Source of the DNA: an uncultured virus (IMG/VR IMGVR_UViG_3300002835_004837)
Taxonomy: Duplodnaviria; Heunggongvirae; Uroviricota; Caudoviricetes
Strand: one strand, 5' to 3'
Length of the DNA: 62,719 nucleotides
IMG/VR virus record: IMGVR_UViG_3300002835_004837
Shown here: positions 39,953 through 48,649 of the stretch, one piece after another
Position numbering within the stretch: the first letter of the stretch is position 1
How the letters are laid out: every line of letters starts with the position of its first letter
The notes under the pieces: generated by a model
The model's database searches: none
What the model was told of the DNA's origin: nothing
The model's input: the letters and a program-made list of their open reading frames with translations, nothing else
Translations under genes and position numbers: made by a program

Positions 39953-40044
39953 AACAATACCTCACATCATTTGGTGGTGAATTTCGGCCTATTAGCGGAT
40001 GGTTTCCTTGGATTAAATTCCGTTTGGAATGGAGCATCTTTTAC

Positions 40045-40073
40045 ATTATATGCGGTTTTACCAACATTGTCAA
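40045..40073 (-). promoter_or_regulatory. Perfect-consensus sigma70 promoter
   Basis: TTGACA-17 nt-TATAAT. Confidence 0.85.
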
Positions 40074-40077
40074 CCTT

Positions 40078-40650
40078 TTAACTTATTGTTTGATAAGCAC
40101 CGGAGAGATCAAAATGACTTGTGTTTGATGTCGCTCCAACTGGTGTGGTATTTTTCCAGGCCAAATCTGTGGTACTACCTGAATAGTAGAGTTTCATAAC
40201 TGTGTTGCTTGTGTCTATATCAGTGATACCAGCAATATGATATTTGGCATCACCATTTGCTTGATGTAATGTACCGGCTCTAACCGTTATTGTTGCGACA
40301 GAAGGCGCTGGCAAAACAATCTGATACTGCCCACCAACATTGAAAGATGCGGCATTACAATTAGCAAAATCTACATTAATTCTAAAGTGTGTAATAAGAC
40401 CTTGCTTTACATAAGACCCTGTAGTAACTACACCAGGAACGTTGGCACCATTTGCTGTAAATTGAGGATCAAAAGTTTGATTGATAGAAAGTATACTAAA
40501 AGGAATACCACCAGGAGTCTCTCCATCCGAAAGTCGGAGAGGTGTCTGACCATCTGTATCATAGAATATTTCACCGGGTCTTCCGATGTATTCGGTGGCC
40601 TGGGTTCCGCCCATATGGGCAGCGAACATTTTGAAGGTAACATTTGACAT
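40078..40650 (-). CDS. Late, probably virion-associated protein with fibre-type N-terminal motif
   Basis: GEIFYDTD...LRLSDG.TPGG motif; TATAAATA at 40686-40679. Confidence 0.6.
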   Translation of the reverse strand: MSNVTFKMFAAHMGGTQATEYIGRPGEIFYDTDGQTPLRLSDGETPGGIPFSILSINQTFDPQFTANGANVPGVVTTGSYVKQGLITHFRINVDFANCNAASFNVGGQYQIVLPAPSVATITVRAGTLHQANGDAKYHIAGITDIDTSNTVMKLYYSGSTTDLAWKNTTPVGATSNTSHFDLSGAYQTIS

Positions 40651-40700
40651 TGTAGAAACTCCTGGTGTAATTTACTTCTATTTATATAACATGTAAACTA

Positions 40701-41417
40701 TCATAGTCCCATTTCAGTTTTTTGAATGATATATTCTTTAACTGTACCAGAACGAACAATGTCTTCAATACCAAATTCGATATGGTCGAATGATGACATA
40801 CGGCGAGTTATTGCCATCAGTTCTCTAATACCAGTCTTGTCATGTGGTTTGTGTAGATCACTCTGACGGTAATCACCACAAAAGACGATACGAGAGTTGG
40901 TACCTATACGGGTCATAACAGTATCGATTTCTTGGAAGTTCATGTTGTTACATTCGTCAACGATGATAATGGAATCATTGAAGGTCGTACCACGGAGGAA
41001 CGATGTAGTGGTGAACTCGACCATTCTTTTCATCTTTAGTATCTTCCAACCATCACCACGACCAAATAGATCGTCACAAATTTCCTGATAGGGTTGTTCG
41101 TAAACTTCCGCTTTCTGTTTTTCCGAACCGGGCAAGAAGCCCATGTCTCTTGATGGAACTACCGAACGGATGATAACGACCCTCTTATATGTCTCCTCGA
41201 TTAGCACCTCCCTTAGTGCAAGATATGATGATAGAAAAGTTTTACCGGTGCCGGCATAACCATGTAGCATGAGATTTGAACCGGCTTCGTAGGCGTCCCA
41301 TACTCTCTGTTGATTGACAGTGAGTGGCTTAATGTGACGAAGTTCGAAGTGGTTTCTCTCAGCCTGATTTTGAGGCTGATGCTGTTGTTGGTTATTTCTT
41401 TTCGACTTTCTTGACAT
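40701..41417 (-). CDS. phoH: PhoH-like ATPase
   Basis: Start MSRKSK (41417); G.AGTGKT, GFLPG, FLRGTTF, DECNN, GD..QSDL, DIVRSG. Confidence 0.93.
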   Translation of the reverse strand: MSRKSKRNNQQQHQPQNQAERNHFELRHIKPLTVNQQRVWDAYEAGSNLMLHGYAGTGKTFLSSYLALREVLIEETYKRVVIIRSVVPSRDMGFLPGSEKQKAEVYEQPYQEICDDLFGRGDGWKILKMKRMVEFTTTSFLRGTTFNDSIIIVDECNNMNFQEIDTVMTRIGTNSRIVFCGDYRQSDLHKPHDKTGIRELMAITRRMSSFDHIEFGIEDIVRSGTVKEYIIQKTEMGL

Positions 41418-41458
41418 ATATTTTACCTTATTGTTATCGTTATTCACATCTCCATAAA

Positions 41459-41495
41459 CAAAAGAGGTCGATGCCTTTTTACGGGCACGACCTCT
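41459..41495 (-). terminator. Stem-loop with U-tract upstream of phoH
   Basis: AGAGGTCGTGCC...GGCATCGACCTCT-TTTG. Confidence 0.6.
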
Positions 41496-41526
41496 AAACT
41501 TTTTACTGTGATGTTCTGTTGTCAGG

Positions 41527-41790
41527 TTAAATCTCCTTGGGAATGTCCCAACGCTTGCTTGCAACGGCAGATGCCTCTGGCACAGCGGACTTGATTCGAC
41601 CGAGAACATACTTTTGAAAATCTGCTGGCGGCTTTGTGATACCGACATTCACCGGATCAACCATTGTAAAGTTGCGTAGCACTTGACGAAGTTGGGGATT
41701 ATTCTTTTCAAACTCATCACGCTCGGCAATGGTCATTGTGTTGGTGAACTCCTCACCAGTCTCTTTATTTTCCCATGTGTAATTAGGCAT
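41527..41790 (-). CDS. FmdB-like small regulatory protein
   Basis: MPNYTWENKETGEEF...E...NP.L.Q...F..VL.RIK. Confidence 0.7.
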   Translation of the reverse strand: MPNYTWENKETGEEFTNTMTIAERDEFEKNNPQLRQVLRNFTMVDPVNVGITKPPADFQKYVLGRIKSAVPEASAVASKRWDIPKEI

Positions 41791-41983
41791 CAACATTGTC
41801 CTTTGGATCATAAAATTTATTGTTGTTTATTCCACCGTTCATGTTAGCACCGAGAAACATAGGTGCTGATAACAGTTTTTCTAGTTCAGGATGGTTTGTT
41901 AGAAACTCATCCAGTTCGGAGACAGACATGAAAACATCAAATGTCTCCCCGGTTTGCTTATCACGAAACGAATAAGTTGGCAT
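41783..41983 (-). CDS. FmdB-like small protein (paralogue of the neighbour)
   Basis: MPTYSFRDKQTGETF..FMS.SELDEFL..HP. Confidence 0.7.
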   Translation of the reverse strand: MPTYSFRDKQTGETFDVFMSVSELDEFLTNHPELEKLLSAPMFLGANMNGGINNNKFYDPKDNVDA

Positions 41984-41985
41984 TG

Positions 41986-42531
41986 TTACTCCATAATCCA
42001 GTCTGGTGCGGTAGCTGGCGCTTTCCATGAATGAAGGTGTGCCTTGCCTACCTTGTAGTAGTTGCGATAGTTCACAACTGCGTCTTCCGATATGATGTAT
42101 TTAGCATCCATGGCACTTGGAGGTTGTGTCTTATAGCCAACAGGAATGTTATTTGGCAGAGCAGCGAGGATGCCTTTAAGACCGCTTTCTTCGATCTTAT
42201 GTACCTTGCCATAACGGCGAGTGTATTCACGACAATGCTCATCTAGATAACACCACAGCCAGTTGTAGTTGTTATTGGACTCACGAGCCCAAACGGCCGA
42301 CGGGTGATTGATATGCGTGGCAGAATACAAAGAAGTCTCACGACTATCAGATAAACGCCATCTTTTGACACTCCGACCGGTCTTCGTTTTGTCGGTATAT
42401 TGAACGCCGTCAATAACACGGTGAGCAGTAGAAAGCAACTGTGCAGCCTCAAGAATCATCTTGACGACATGACGATCAACAGCCCACTGGGCGCACATTT
42501 TAGGATCAGAGTGAATATAAAAGATATTCAT
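41986..42531 (-). CDS. Pyrimidine-dimer DNA glycosylase / endonuclease V-like protein
   Basis: MNIFY...DP...A....D.HVVKMILE.AQLLST.H, TH.NHPS..W.R, EYT.RYGK.H. Confidence 0.8.
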   Translation of the reverse strand: MNIFYIHSDPKMCAQWAVDRHVVKMILEAAQLLSTAHRVIDGVQYTDKTKTGRSVKRWRLSDSRETSLYSATHINHPSAVWARESNNNYNWLWCYLDEHCREYTRRYGKVHKIEESGLKGILAALPNNIPVGYKTQPPSAMDAKYIISEDAVVNYRNYYKVGKAHLHSWKAPATAPDWIME

Positions 42532-42746
42532 CTTACGATACATCCTTTTAGGTCGGAGAGTAAACCATTTAGAACAGCCCGTGTAAAGGCATCTTCGTTA
42601 CCATTTAAAAGATTGTGAAGGTTCATGGCATAATAGGCTGCATTATCACCACGAATGAACACGCCGGGCCAGTCATCACCAATCTGGGTCGGACCGGTCT
42701 CTACTCGTTTGTCAAGTTCAACATCAATTTTACGAATCTCAGGCAT
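42528..42746 (-). CDS. Hypothetical protein
   Basis: RVETGP.Q.GDDWPGVFIRGDNA conserved-looking motif. Confidence 0.6.
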   Translation of the reverse strand: MPEIRKIDVELDKRVETGPTQIGDDWPGVFIRGDNAAYYAMNLHNLLNGNEDAFTRAVLNGLLSDLKGCIVR

Positions 42747-43131
42747 AACGATCCTTTAGAAAGTTTTCCATGTAGTGACGGATATTTGCCGCACCGATAG
42801 GATTGGCACTGTGAACATTATACGAGAAGCCATCTAGGTTGTCAACATTCTCCATGATCCAATCGCACAGCCACTTGGCGAAGTCATACCCGGTAAACTC
42901 ACGAGGCGCACCAGTGCGAGGTGCACCGTCCATATACTCGTCCATAGGACCGTATGCAGACTCCAGATTGTAATGAACATCTGCAAGGTCATGATCGAAC
43001 GATACATGATACGGAAGACCATAGTTCTTCACATACCAAACAGCATCATGATAGTTCCGTGCCAGGCGCCAATCTGAATCAAGATCAGGCAGATTGCGCA
43101 GGTCATCCAGATAGAGTTTATACATCATCAT
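42739..43131 (-). CDS. Cyclic-phosphate-processing receiver-like domain protein
   Basis: LYLDD.R, SFDHDL, TGYD..KW, VHSANP.G. Confidence 0.8.
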   Translation of the reverse strand: MMMYKLYLDDLRNLPDLDSDWRLARNYHDAVWYVKNYGLPYHVSFDHDLADVHYNLESAYGPMDEYMDGAPRTGAPREFTGYDFAKWLCDWIMENVDNLDGFSYNVHSANPIGAANIRHYMENFLKDRYA

Positions 43132-43276
43132 AAAACATATCCCAGTAACCTTGATCCCAATAATTGGCGAGAGCGAGACTTACACCATCGTATGGATTAT
43201 CCACTAGATTGATGCCATCTTCAAAATAAGCCTCACAACCTTCATTGTAGGCAATTTGTTTTAGTTCGTCGGTCAT
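43118..43276 (-). CDS. 52-aa Rmf/CrpP-fold-like protein (not in the ORF track)
   Basis: MTDELKQIAYNEGCEAYFEDGINLVDNPYDGVSLALANYWDQGYWDMFYDDV; ATGA-coupled to ligase. Confidence 0.6.
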   Translation of the reverse strand: MTDELKQIAYNEGCEAYFEDGINLVDNPYDGVSLALANYWDQGYWDMFYDDV

Positions 43277-44391
43277 AGGTCTCTCTTACCTTTCCAGAAA
43301 GCAACGACAACGGGGAAGCGGAGTTTGCCGTCTTCCGTTTTGTTCTGATACCGTACCGTTACGCTTGTATAACCATAATCATTATACAATAGGTCTTTAA
43401 GGAAGTCAAACTTCCCACGCACTCCTGCAAACTGTGTGGTTCCGTCTTTCAAACGGATTTCAATCCGCTTGACAGCACCTGCCCAATTGCCTTTACCTTC
43501 TTCCATAGAAACGATTTCAAATTCATCGTCCTCAAATTCCTTATGCTTGATAAGGTTCTTTGAACGCTTACCTTCATAAAGAGAGTCAGGAACACGAAGC
43601 ATTTGACCTTCATATCCTTCTTCAAGGTTCCAAGAAAGATTTTCCATAATTTGTTCTTCGCTTTCTGCAATTGTAGATTCTACAAAACGGATACATGGAG
43701 AAGGATGATCTTCCAACAAAACAGCACCTAAAAATTCTTTACGGTTCATAAAAGTCCAATTGCGATCATAATCAATCATATCATAAACATGATATTGGAT
43801 CGTCTTTCTGGACTCTTCCAGATCATCAACAGTCGGTTTAGTCTTACGAGCAAGAGAAATAATCTTCTCAAAGTCGTTTTTTAGTTCATGATTATACAGT
43901 TCTCCATCAAGAACAATTTCGGGATATTCCCGAAAGAACGGTTCGAGTGCTTCATGAATATGAGGCGCAGAAAGAATAGGCTTGCCGTTGCGTGACTGCA
44001 TACCGTCTTTTGATACGAGACAACGAACACCATCAAGTTTCGGCTGCGAGTAATAAGGGAACTTGTTATGCTTTGCAGGGTTATATTTGTCGGCAAGCAT
44101 ACACTCAACGAACTTGGCACCATTCTTAGCCCAAGTGGTAGTCTGATGATACTTGCCTTGATATTCTTTCTTTGTGATTTCAGAAAGCACTTCTAACTCA
44201 ACCTGTTCTTTCACAGTGGTTGCGTTAGCACGACCGACATTCTTGGCCTCTGGATACTTCCACCCAGAAACTACAATCTTGCCATCTTTGATGCCGGAAT
44301 GAGTGCGATACTTTGTATCGTCATACTCCATCCACCACACACGGGTGTTACCTTTAGAGTCAATCTTGTAAAGTTTCTGGGTGGCTTTCAT
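43273..44391 (-). CDS. lig: ATP-dependent DNA ligase
   Basis: QPKLDGVR, LDGELY, EGYEGQMLR, KRS.NL.K.K, LRFP. Confidence 0.93.
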   Translation of the reverse strand: MKATQKLYKIDSKGNTRVWWMEYDDTKYRTHSGIKDGKIVVSGWKYPEAKNVGRANATTVKEQVELEVLSEITKKEYQGKYHQTTTWAKNGAKFVECMLADKYNPAKHNKFPYYSQPKLDGVRCLVSKDGMQSRNGKPILSAPHIHEALEPFFREYPEIVLDGELYNHELKNDFEKIISLARKTKPTVDDLEESRKTIQYHVYDMIDYDRNWTFMNRKEFLGAVLLEDHPSPCIRFVESTIAESEEQIMENLSWNLEEGYEGQMLRVPDSLYEGKRSKNLIKHKEFEDDEFEIVSMEEGKGNWAGAVKRIEIRLKDGTTQFAGVRGKFDFLKDLLYNDYGYTSVTVRYQNKTEDGKLRFPVVVAFWKGKRDL

Positions 44392-44400
44392 ATTATCCTC

Positions 44401-45228
44401 TTATGGTTTCAGGACACTACGCATAAAGTCGAGACCTTTCATTTCAAGGCTCGTATCTTTTAGTTCGTGGCCGCCGTCGAATGTATAGAACTTGTGATAT
44501 ACACCGAGTTGATTCAACTTTGTTGCCACCATAACAGACTGTGCATAAGGCACAATATCATCTTTTGTTCCGTGTATGATACAAGTTGGAGGGAACAAAG
44601 CGGTGACTGCATAGATGGGCGAAGCAGATTGATACAGTCCGGGGTTTTGCTCATATGTTGTATTGTTGAACAGCGGCAAAACACCAATAAGGTCTTTCAT
44701 CTTTGCTCCGCCAAGGTCGCAAGGGCCGAAAACATCAAGAATGCAACTTGCACTAGGGCTAAAATTAGAATGTAAATGACTCCTATCGCCGGGGATAGTA
44801 TTAGGATTAGCACCAACCATAAGCGCCAAATGACCACCGGCAGAATCACCTCCAACTCCAATGCGATTAGGATCGATACGAAAGTTGACAGCATTGGATC
44901 TTACCCATCTAATGGCATTTTGAACATCTTGAAACTGGGCTGGCCATTGCGTTGTCTTGTCCTCATATGTGGCAAGACGGTAGTTTATTGCAATGACATG
45001 AAAACCGGCCAGAGCATAGCGTCTAGCACGGCCCTCGTATGCGGATTTATCACCAGCAGACCAACCACCACCGTGGATAAACACAACCACAGGACGAACC
45101 CCTCGATTAAGGAGATAGAGGTCAGCGGTCTCCGATTTCGACACACCATATGGGATATCCTTATAAACTGTCCAGTTGGGTTTGATGATGTTAGAGAAGT
45201 ATGGAAGAATGTAGTTAAGTGGGTTCAT
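44401..45228 (-). CDS. Alpha/beta hydrolase (HSL-family esterase/lipase)
   Basis: IHGGGW, NYRLA, GDSAGGHLA, HGTKDDIVP..QS, GGH. Confidence 0.92.
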   Translation of the reverse strand: MNPLNYILPYFSNIIKPNWTVYKDIPYGVSKSETADLYLLNRGVRPVVVFIHGGGWSAGDKSAYEGRARRYALAGFHVIAINYRLATYEDKTTQWPAQFQDVQNAIRWVRSNAVNFRIDPNRIGVGGDSAGGHLALMVGANPNTIPGDRSHLHSNFSPSASCILDVFGPCDLGGAKMKDLIGVLPLFNNTTYEQNPGLYQSASPIYAVTALFPPTCIIHGTKDDIVPYAQSVMVATKLNQLGVYHKFYTFDGGHELKDTSLEMKGLDFMRSVLKP

Positions 45229-45250
45229 GATTGACTCCTTTCAATCTTAT

Positions 45251-45622
45251 CTAGCAATCCTCCGATAAGATTTCACGGCCAACATCAGGACCCCAATTTA
45301 CTTCCTTGCTTACCTGATCTTCCCGATGTTTAACACTATCGAAGATAAAACGCAACTTGTTTTCTGTTGGCCAGAAACTTAGATAAGCGTTTTCACGATC
45401 AAATAGTTCCAGATATTCTTTCTCCGTGATAACACGATGGGAAAAGATATCTTCCGCAATATGATTCTGTGATACTTCTTCTAGTTTGTCTTGATAAGTT
45501 CCGGCTGTAATAGCGTCGGTCACATCATCAAGAGCATAATCATTTGGCTCACTATCAGGTAGTCGCACAACATATGTGTGGCGGAATGTGGAAACAGTTT
45601 CGACTAGGACAAGTTTGGACAT
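45251..45622 (-). CDS. Conserved phage hypothetical protein
   Basis: LVETVSTFRH.YVV...ALD.V...SQ.H..E.I motif. Confidence 0.65.
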   Translation of the reverse strand: MSKLVLVETVSTFRHTYVVRLPDSEPNDYALDDVTDAITAGTYQDKLEEVSQNHIAEDIFSHRVITEKEYLELFDRENAYLSFWPTENKLRFIFDSVKHREDQVSKEVNWGPDVGREILSEDC

Positions 45623-45626
45623 TATA

Positions 45627-45833
45627 TCAACTCCGTTCGATTAAGTCAAGTAGATTAGTTAGGAAACGTTCCTCTTGACTACACTGACCGACAATACCTT
45701 CCCACACAGGATCAATCTTTGCAGTCTGGGCAAAATCATGTTTGATACGCCGCAGATCGGCTAGTCTATTATAAATCTTTTCTTTGATTTCGATTAGTGC
45801 CACATCGGCGCTTTTAGTTAGAAACTCTGTCAT
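45627..45833 (-). CDS. Hypothetical protein
   Basis: 68-aa coupled ORF. Confidence 0.55.
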   Translation of the reverse strand: MTEFLTKSADVALIEIKEKIYNRLADLRRIKHDFAQTAKIDPVWEGIVGQCSQEERFLTNLLDLIERS

Positions 45834-46246
45834 TCTACCACCTCTAGTTTATCTTTATTTACTTTCAATGTCACTTTCTTAGCAGCATTGATATCACCAC
45901 TCAATTTCGTATAGTCACGACCACCATCAATAGCAACTGGGCCGCACTCCCGATAATCGTGACGATAACGAGAATAATATACATCATCACCAATCTGAAT
46001 GCCCTCGAAAGGTTCAGTGGCAGAGATACCATTGGTGATCATAAACTGTTCACCATTATTATACAAGGCAAAGTAGTTTGAACCCTGCGGGTGTGCTTCT
46101 TCTGTATAAAAGATAGCAGCAGGAAAGTTGGCCCAGCCATGCTTGCCTTTGATACAAGACTCCATAACGAATGTAGCCTTATACATATTCTCAACCTTAG
46201 CAATGCCATCAGGCTTTAGAAAGGTGCATTCATTATGGATTTTCAT
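45830..46246 (-). CDS. Conserved phage hypothetical protein
   Basis: HP.GSNYFAL, YSRYRHDY, IDGGRDY. Confidence 0.65.
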   Translation of the reverse strand: MKIHNECTFLKPDGIAKVENMYKATFVMESCIKGKHGWANFPAAIFYTEEAHPQGSNYFALYNNGEQFMITNGISATEPFEGIQIGDDVYYSRYRHDYRECGPVAIDGGRDYTKLSGDINAAKKVTLKVNKDKLEVVE

Positions 46247-46455
46247 TACTCACCTTTCAGGTTCAGATCGACATTGTTATTGCGGAAGTTATCAGTCATA
46301 ACATTATATTTGAAACAAGCCTGACTTTTCATGTCACCACTATTCACACAATCCATTTTCAACTGAAAATCATACCAAGCGCCAAATATAATGCAGCCGA
46401 ACATGACCGCAAAAAGAAGGCAGAGGAAGGCGAAGAACCAATCAAAGTGACGCAT
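46246..46455 (-). CDS. Small membrane-anchored protein
   Basis: N-terminal hydrophobic helix. Confidence 0.55.
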   Translation of the reverse strand: MRHFDWFFAFLCLLFAVMFGCIIFGAWYDFQLKMDCVNSGDMKSQACFKYNVMTDNFRNNNVDLNLKGE

Positions 46456-46801
46456 TTTTAACTCCGTCTATATGAGAACAGTGATTGCGATATTTGTATG
46501 CCGTGCAGGTGCATGAATAACGATTCAGCGGACCCGCAGTTACGACATATTTGCTATCCACGATTTTAACATTATCACTAACATTTGACCTGTCGACCCA
46601 TGCTTGGATAATGTTTCGCTTATCAAGTATGCGGACCGGTGCATCCATATCTCCAGTTGTTAGAAAGAACTCATTCTCGGATAGCCATGATTGACGAGGC
46701 ACTACCCAGCCCATATATACTACTTCTTTGGGGTAACGGTAAGTTGCTATGTGTGGATAGTCACACATAGCACTTCGATATTTTAATTTTAGATACGCCA
46801 T
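46442..46801 (-). CDS. SWIM zinc-finger protein
   Basis: C-terminal CTC..Y.YR..C.HI. Confidence 0.7.
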   Translation of the reverse strand: MAYLKLKYRSAMCDYPHIATYRYPKEVVYMGWVVPRQSWLSENEFFLTTGDMDAPVRILDKRNIIQAWVDRSNVSDNVKIVDSKYVVTAGPLNRYSCTCTAYKYRNHCSHIDGVKNASL

Positions 46802-46815
46802 ATGGCACTCCGAAA

Positions 46816-47403
46816 TTAAATGCCAAGAGCCTTGAGGTCAAGGCCTTCAATCGAGTCCCAATCACGATCAATGTTGAACGAAGTGCCAACTTCACCGCTA
46901 GTGCCGAAAGTCTCGGTCACATCGTCAAATTCACGGACATTCTTGGGCTTGAACTTAGCACCGACTGCCTTGAGCTTTGCAAGGTTAGCTGCCTTGATAT
47001 CAGCAACGGACTTTTTAGCAGCGACCTTCTTAGGAGCAGCCGCAGCAGCCTTCTTAGCAGCAAATTCCTTGCTGGTCTTTGCGACAATCGTAGAAAGCTT
47101 AACAGTCTTTTGCTTGGGAGCCTTAGCAGCCTTCGGAGCAGCAGCCTTACGGGCAGCGCCGTGGACAGTGTTACGAATAGCCTCAGCGTTAGAGGGTTCA
47201 GCGATTAGCGTATAAGACGCAACCTGGCGACCGTCTTTTTGCTTAGTGATGGTAAAGCCAAGCTTGCCGAGGTACCAGACATGCTTAGACGCATAATCGC
47301 CATCGCCGACATGAGCATTAATCTCGGCCGGGGTAACGGGAACATTCATCTTGATAACCTGAAGGACCTTGACAACAGTAGGAGAGATAGTCAGATTTGC
47401 CAT
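46816..47403 (-). CDS. Early winged-helix-like protein with histone H1-like Ala/Lys/Pro linker
   Basis: wHTH-like N-terminus; KAAAPKAAKAPK...KKAAAAAPKKVAAKK; first gene after a strong promoter. Confidence 0.6.
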   Translation of the reverse strand: MANLTISPTVVKVLQVIKMNVPVTPAEINAHVGDGDYASKHVWYLGKLGFTITKQKDGRQVASYTLIAEPSNAEAIRNTVHGAARKAAAPKAAKAPKQKTVKLSTIVAKTSKEFAAKKAAAAAPKKVAAKKSVADIKAANLAKLKAVGAKFKPKNVREFDDVTETFGTSGEVGTSFNIDRDWDSIEGLDLKALGI

Positions 47404-47434
47404 AGTTAAGACCTCGCTTTTTTGATTTATGCTC

Positions 47435-47502
47435 TATTATAGGACAGTTTGGGACCCCTTGCAAGGGAAAAATGCCCGAAAAAGTGCGACATGATGACGC
47501 AC
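47435..47502 (-). promoter_or_regulatory. Early promoter 1 with palindromic box
   Basis: GTGCGACAtgaTGACGCAC at 47484-47502; TTGCAA-17-TATAAT. Confidence 0.75.
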
Positions 47503-47509
47503 CCCTAGT

Positions 47510-47731
47510 CTATCGATTAGGTAGACTATTCAAGGCTTGGACTGGGCCATACCGGTCGTCCATGTCATAATACAGGGAATCGATAATCCCCCCGACCATG
47601 TCACGGTCGACCTTGAGAGCGGACCGGGCGTTTACATACTCGACCACATCGCCGAGATAATAAGCGCCAGCTTCAATAGCATCGCCCACGAGTTCCACGA
47701 TTTCGGTATAAGCATCAGACATGCGAGACAT
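47510..47731 (-). CDS. Hypothetical early protein
   Basis: SD GGAGG; acidic 73 aa. Confidence 0.6.
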   Translation of the reverse strand: MSRMSDAYTEIVELVGDAIEAGAYYLGDVVEYVNARSALKVDRDMVGGIIDSLYYDMDDRYGPVQALNSLPNR

Positions 47732-47747
47732 ATTATTCCTCCTTCAA

Positions 47748-47957
47748 TCAGCAATCGGGGTCAAAATCATGCCACTCCTGCATTTCATCAGGCTGGCCAT
47801 CATAATCATCTTCCCCGTCCTCGTCAGACAGATTGACGTCATAAAACTCTTCCACATCGGACTCGCTCATCCAGCAGAGCAATTCACGGATAAGAGTATC
47901 ACGATCCAGCATACCTTCATCGACCATTTCGATGATCTTATTCGTATAAGAGCGCAT
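47748..47957 (-). CDS. Acidic hypothetical early protein
   Basis: WMSESDV; C-terminal DGQPDE.QEWHDFDPDC motif. Confidence 0.65.
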   Translation of the reverse strand: MRSYTNKIIEMVDEGMLDRDTLIRELLCWMSESDVEEFYDVNLSDEDGEDDYDGQPDEMQEWHDFDPDC

Positions 47958-48081
47958 TATATTATTCTCCCAAACTTAGATATGATCATAGTCACGATAA
48001 GAGCGGCGAACAAAAAGGCGACCGTAGCCCATTCAGGAAAGAATGCATAAGCTGGCCAGCCTTTGGGGATTACGATTGTCA

Positions 48082-48315
48082 TTAGGCGTTCCAACCCATC
48101 CAGTCTTCAATCTGATTCTGTGACACTTCAACAGCCACAGCACCATCAAGCCACTTGTTGATATGCTTTGAGGTAGTGCGAGAGAATTTAGTGGAGGTGC
48201 GATAAAACTTGCCTTTGACATAAGCAGCAACAGGCGTCTTATATGAAACGAGAAAGGCATTCTCGCCATGACGGATTTCAATCTGATTTGAACCGATAGA
48301 AGCAGCACGAAGCAT
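48082..48315 (-). CDS. Conserved phage early protein
   Basis: IGSNQ.E...SY.TPVAA...SRTTSKHINKWL. Confidence 0.7.
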   Translation of the reverse strand: MLRAASIGSNQIEIRHGENAFLVSYKTPVAAYVKGKFYRTSTKFSRTTSKHINKWLDGAVAVEVSQNQIEDWMGWNA

Positions 48316-48343
48316 TTAATTTCCTTTCCTCATTGTTGAACAT

Positions 48344-48411
48344 ATCATAGGACATATTCCGTCAAGAGTCAATAGGAAAACGACTAAAAGAGGTGTGACA
48401 GATTGTCGCAC
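48344..48411 (-). promoter_or_regulatory. Early promoter 2 with palindromic box
   Basis: GTGTGACAgatTGTCGCAC at 48393-48411; TTGACT-17-TATGAT. Confidence 0.7.
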
Positions 48412-48560
48412 CCCTTATGGCCACGCTTACGGTCGTATTTGACCTTGGACTTGACTATTCGTTGCCTGAATTGCCCATTTTTGAGCGCAAAAGCCACGGG
48501 GTTGGCAGCACCGGTGGTGCGTTTGCCCCGCTGGCTCGTGGTACCCCCGCTTTTTGACAT
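48384..48560 (-). CDS. 58-aa ArfA-like ribosome rescue factor (not in the ORF track)
   Basis: SD GAGGAG; NPVAFALKNGQFRQRIVKSKVKYDRKRGHK aligns with the ArfA core N...ALL..PLFRQRV.K.KK...Y.RK.KH. Confidence 0.7.
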   Translation of the reverse strand: MSKSGGTTSQRGKRTTGAANPVAFALKNGQFRQRIVKSKVKYDRKRGHKGCDNLSHLF

Positions 48561-48582
48561 ATCGACGCTCCTCGGTCGTTGG

Positions 48583-48619
48583 TATGGCCCAGTCCAAGAT
48601 CGACTTAAGCTGGGCCATA
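48583..48619. repeat. Perfect 10-bp inverted repeat between rtcB and the ArfA-like gene
   Basis: tatggcccag ... ctgggccata. Confidence 0.8.
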
Positions 48620-48649
48620 TTCTATATGGTTAAGTTCAAGGTGAAGGGA

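Noticed and set aside
40701..41648. 315-aa PhoH with N-terminal extension; likewise the extended track starts for gp33, the LDT, 24461-25921 and 55590-56828
   Set aside because: The extensions overlap upstream genes; downstream starts have an SD or stop-start coupling
48427..48618. 63-aa track ORF MAQLKS...
   Set aside because: It has no clear SD; the overlapping frame 48384-48560 has GAGGAG and a recognisable motif
48626..48633. CtrA-type TTAACCAT motif upstream of the ArfA-like gene
   Set aside because: A single short match without a TTAA-N7-TTAA partner; it could be chance in AT-rich DNA
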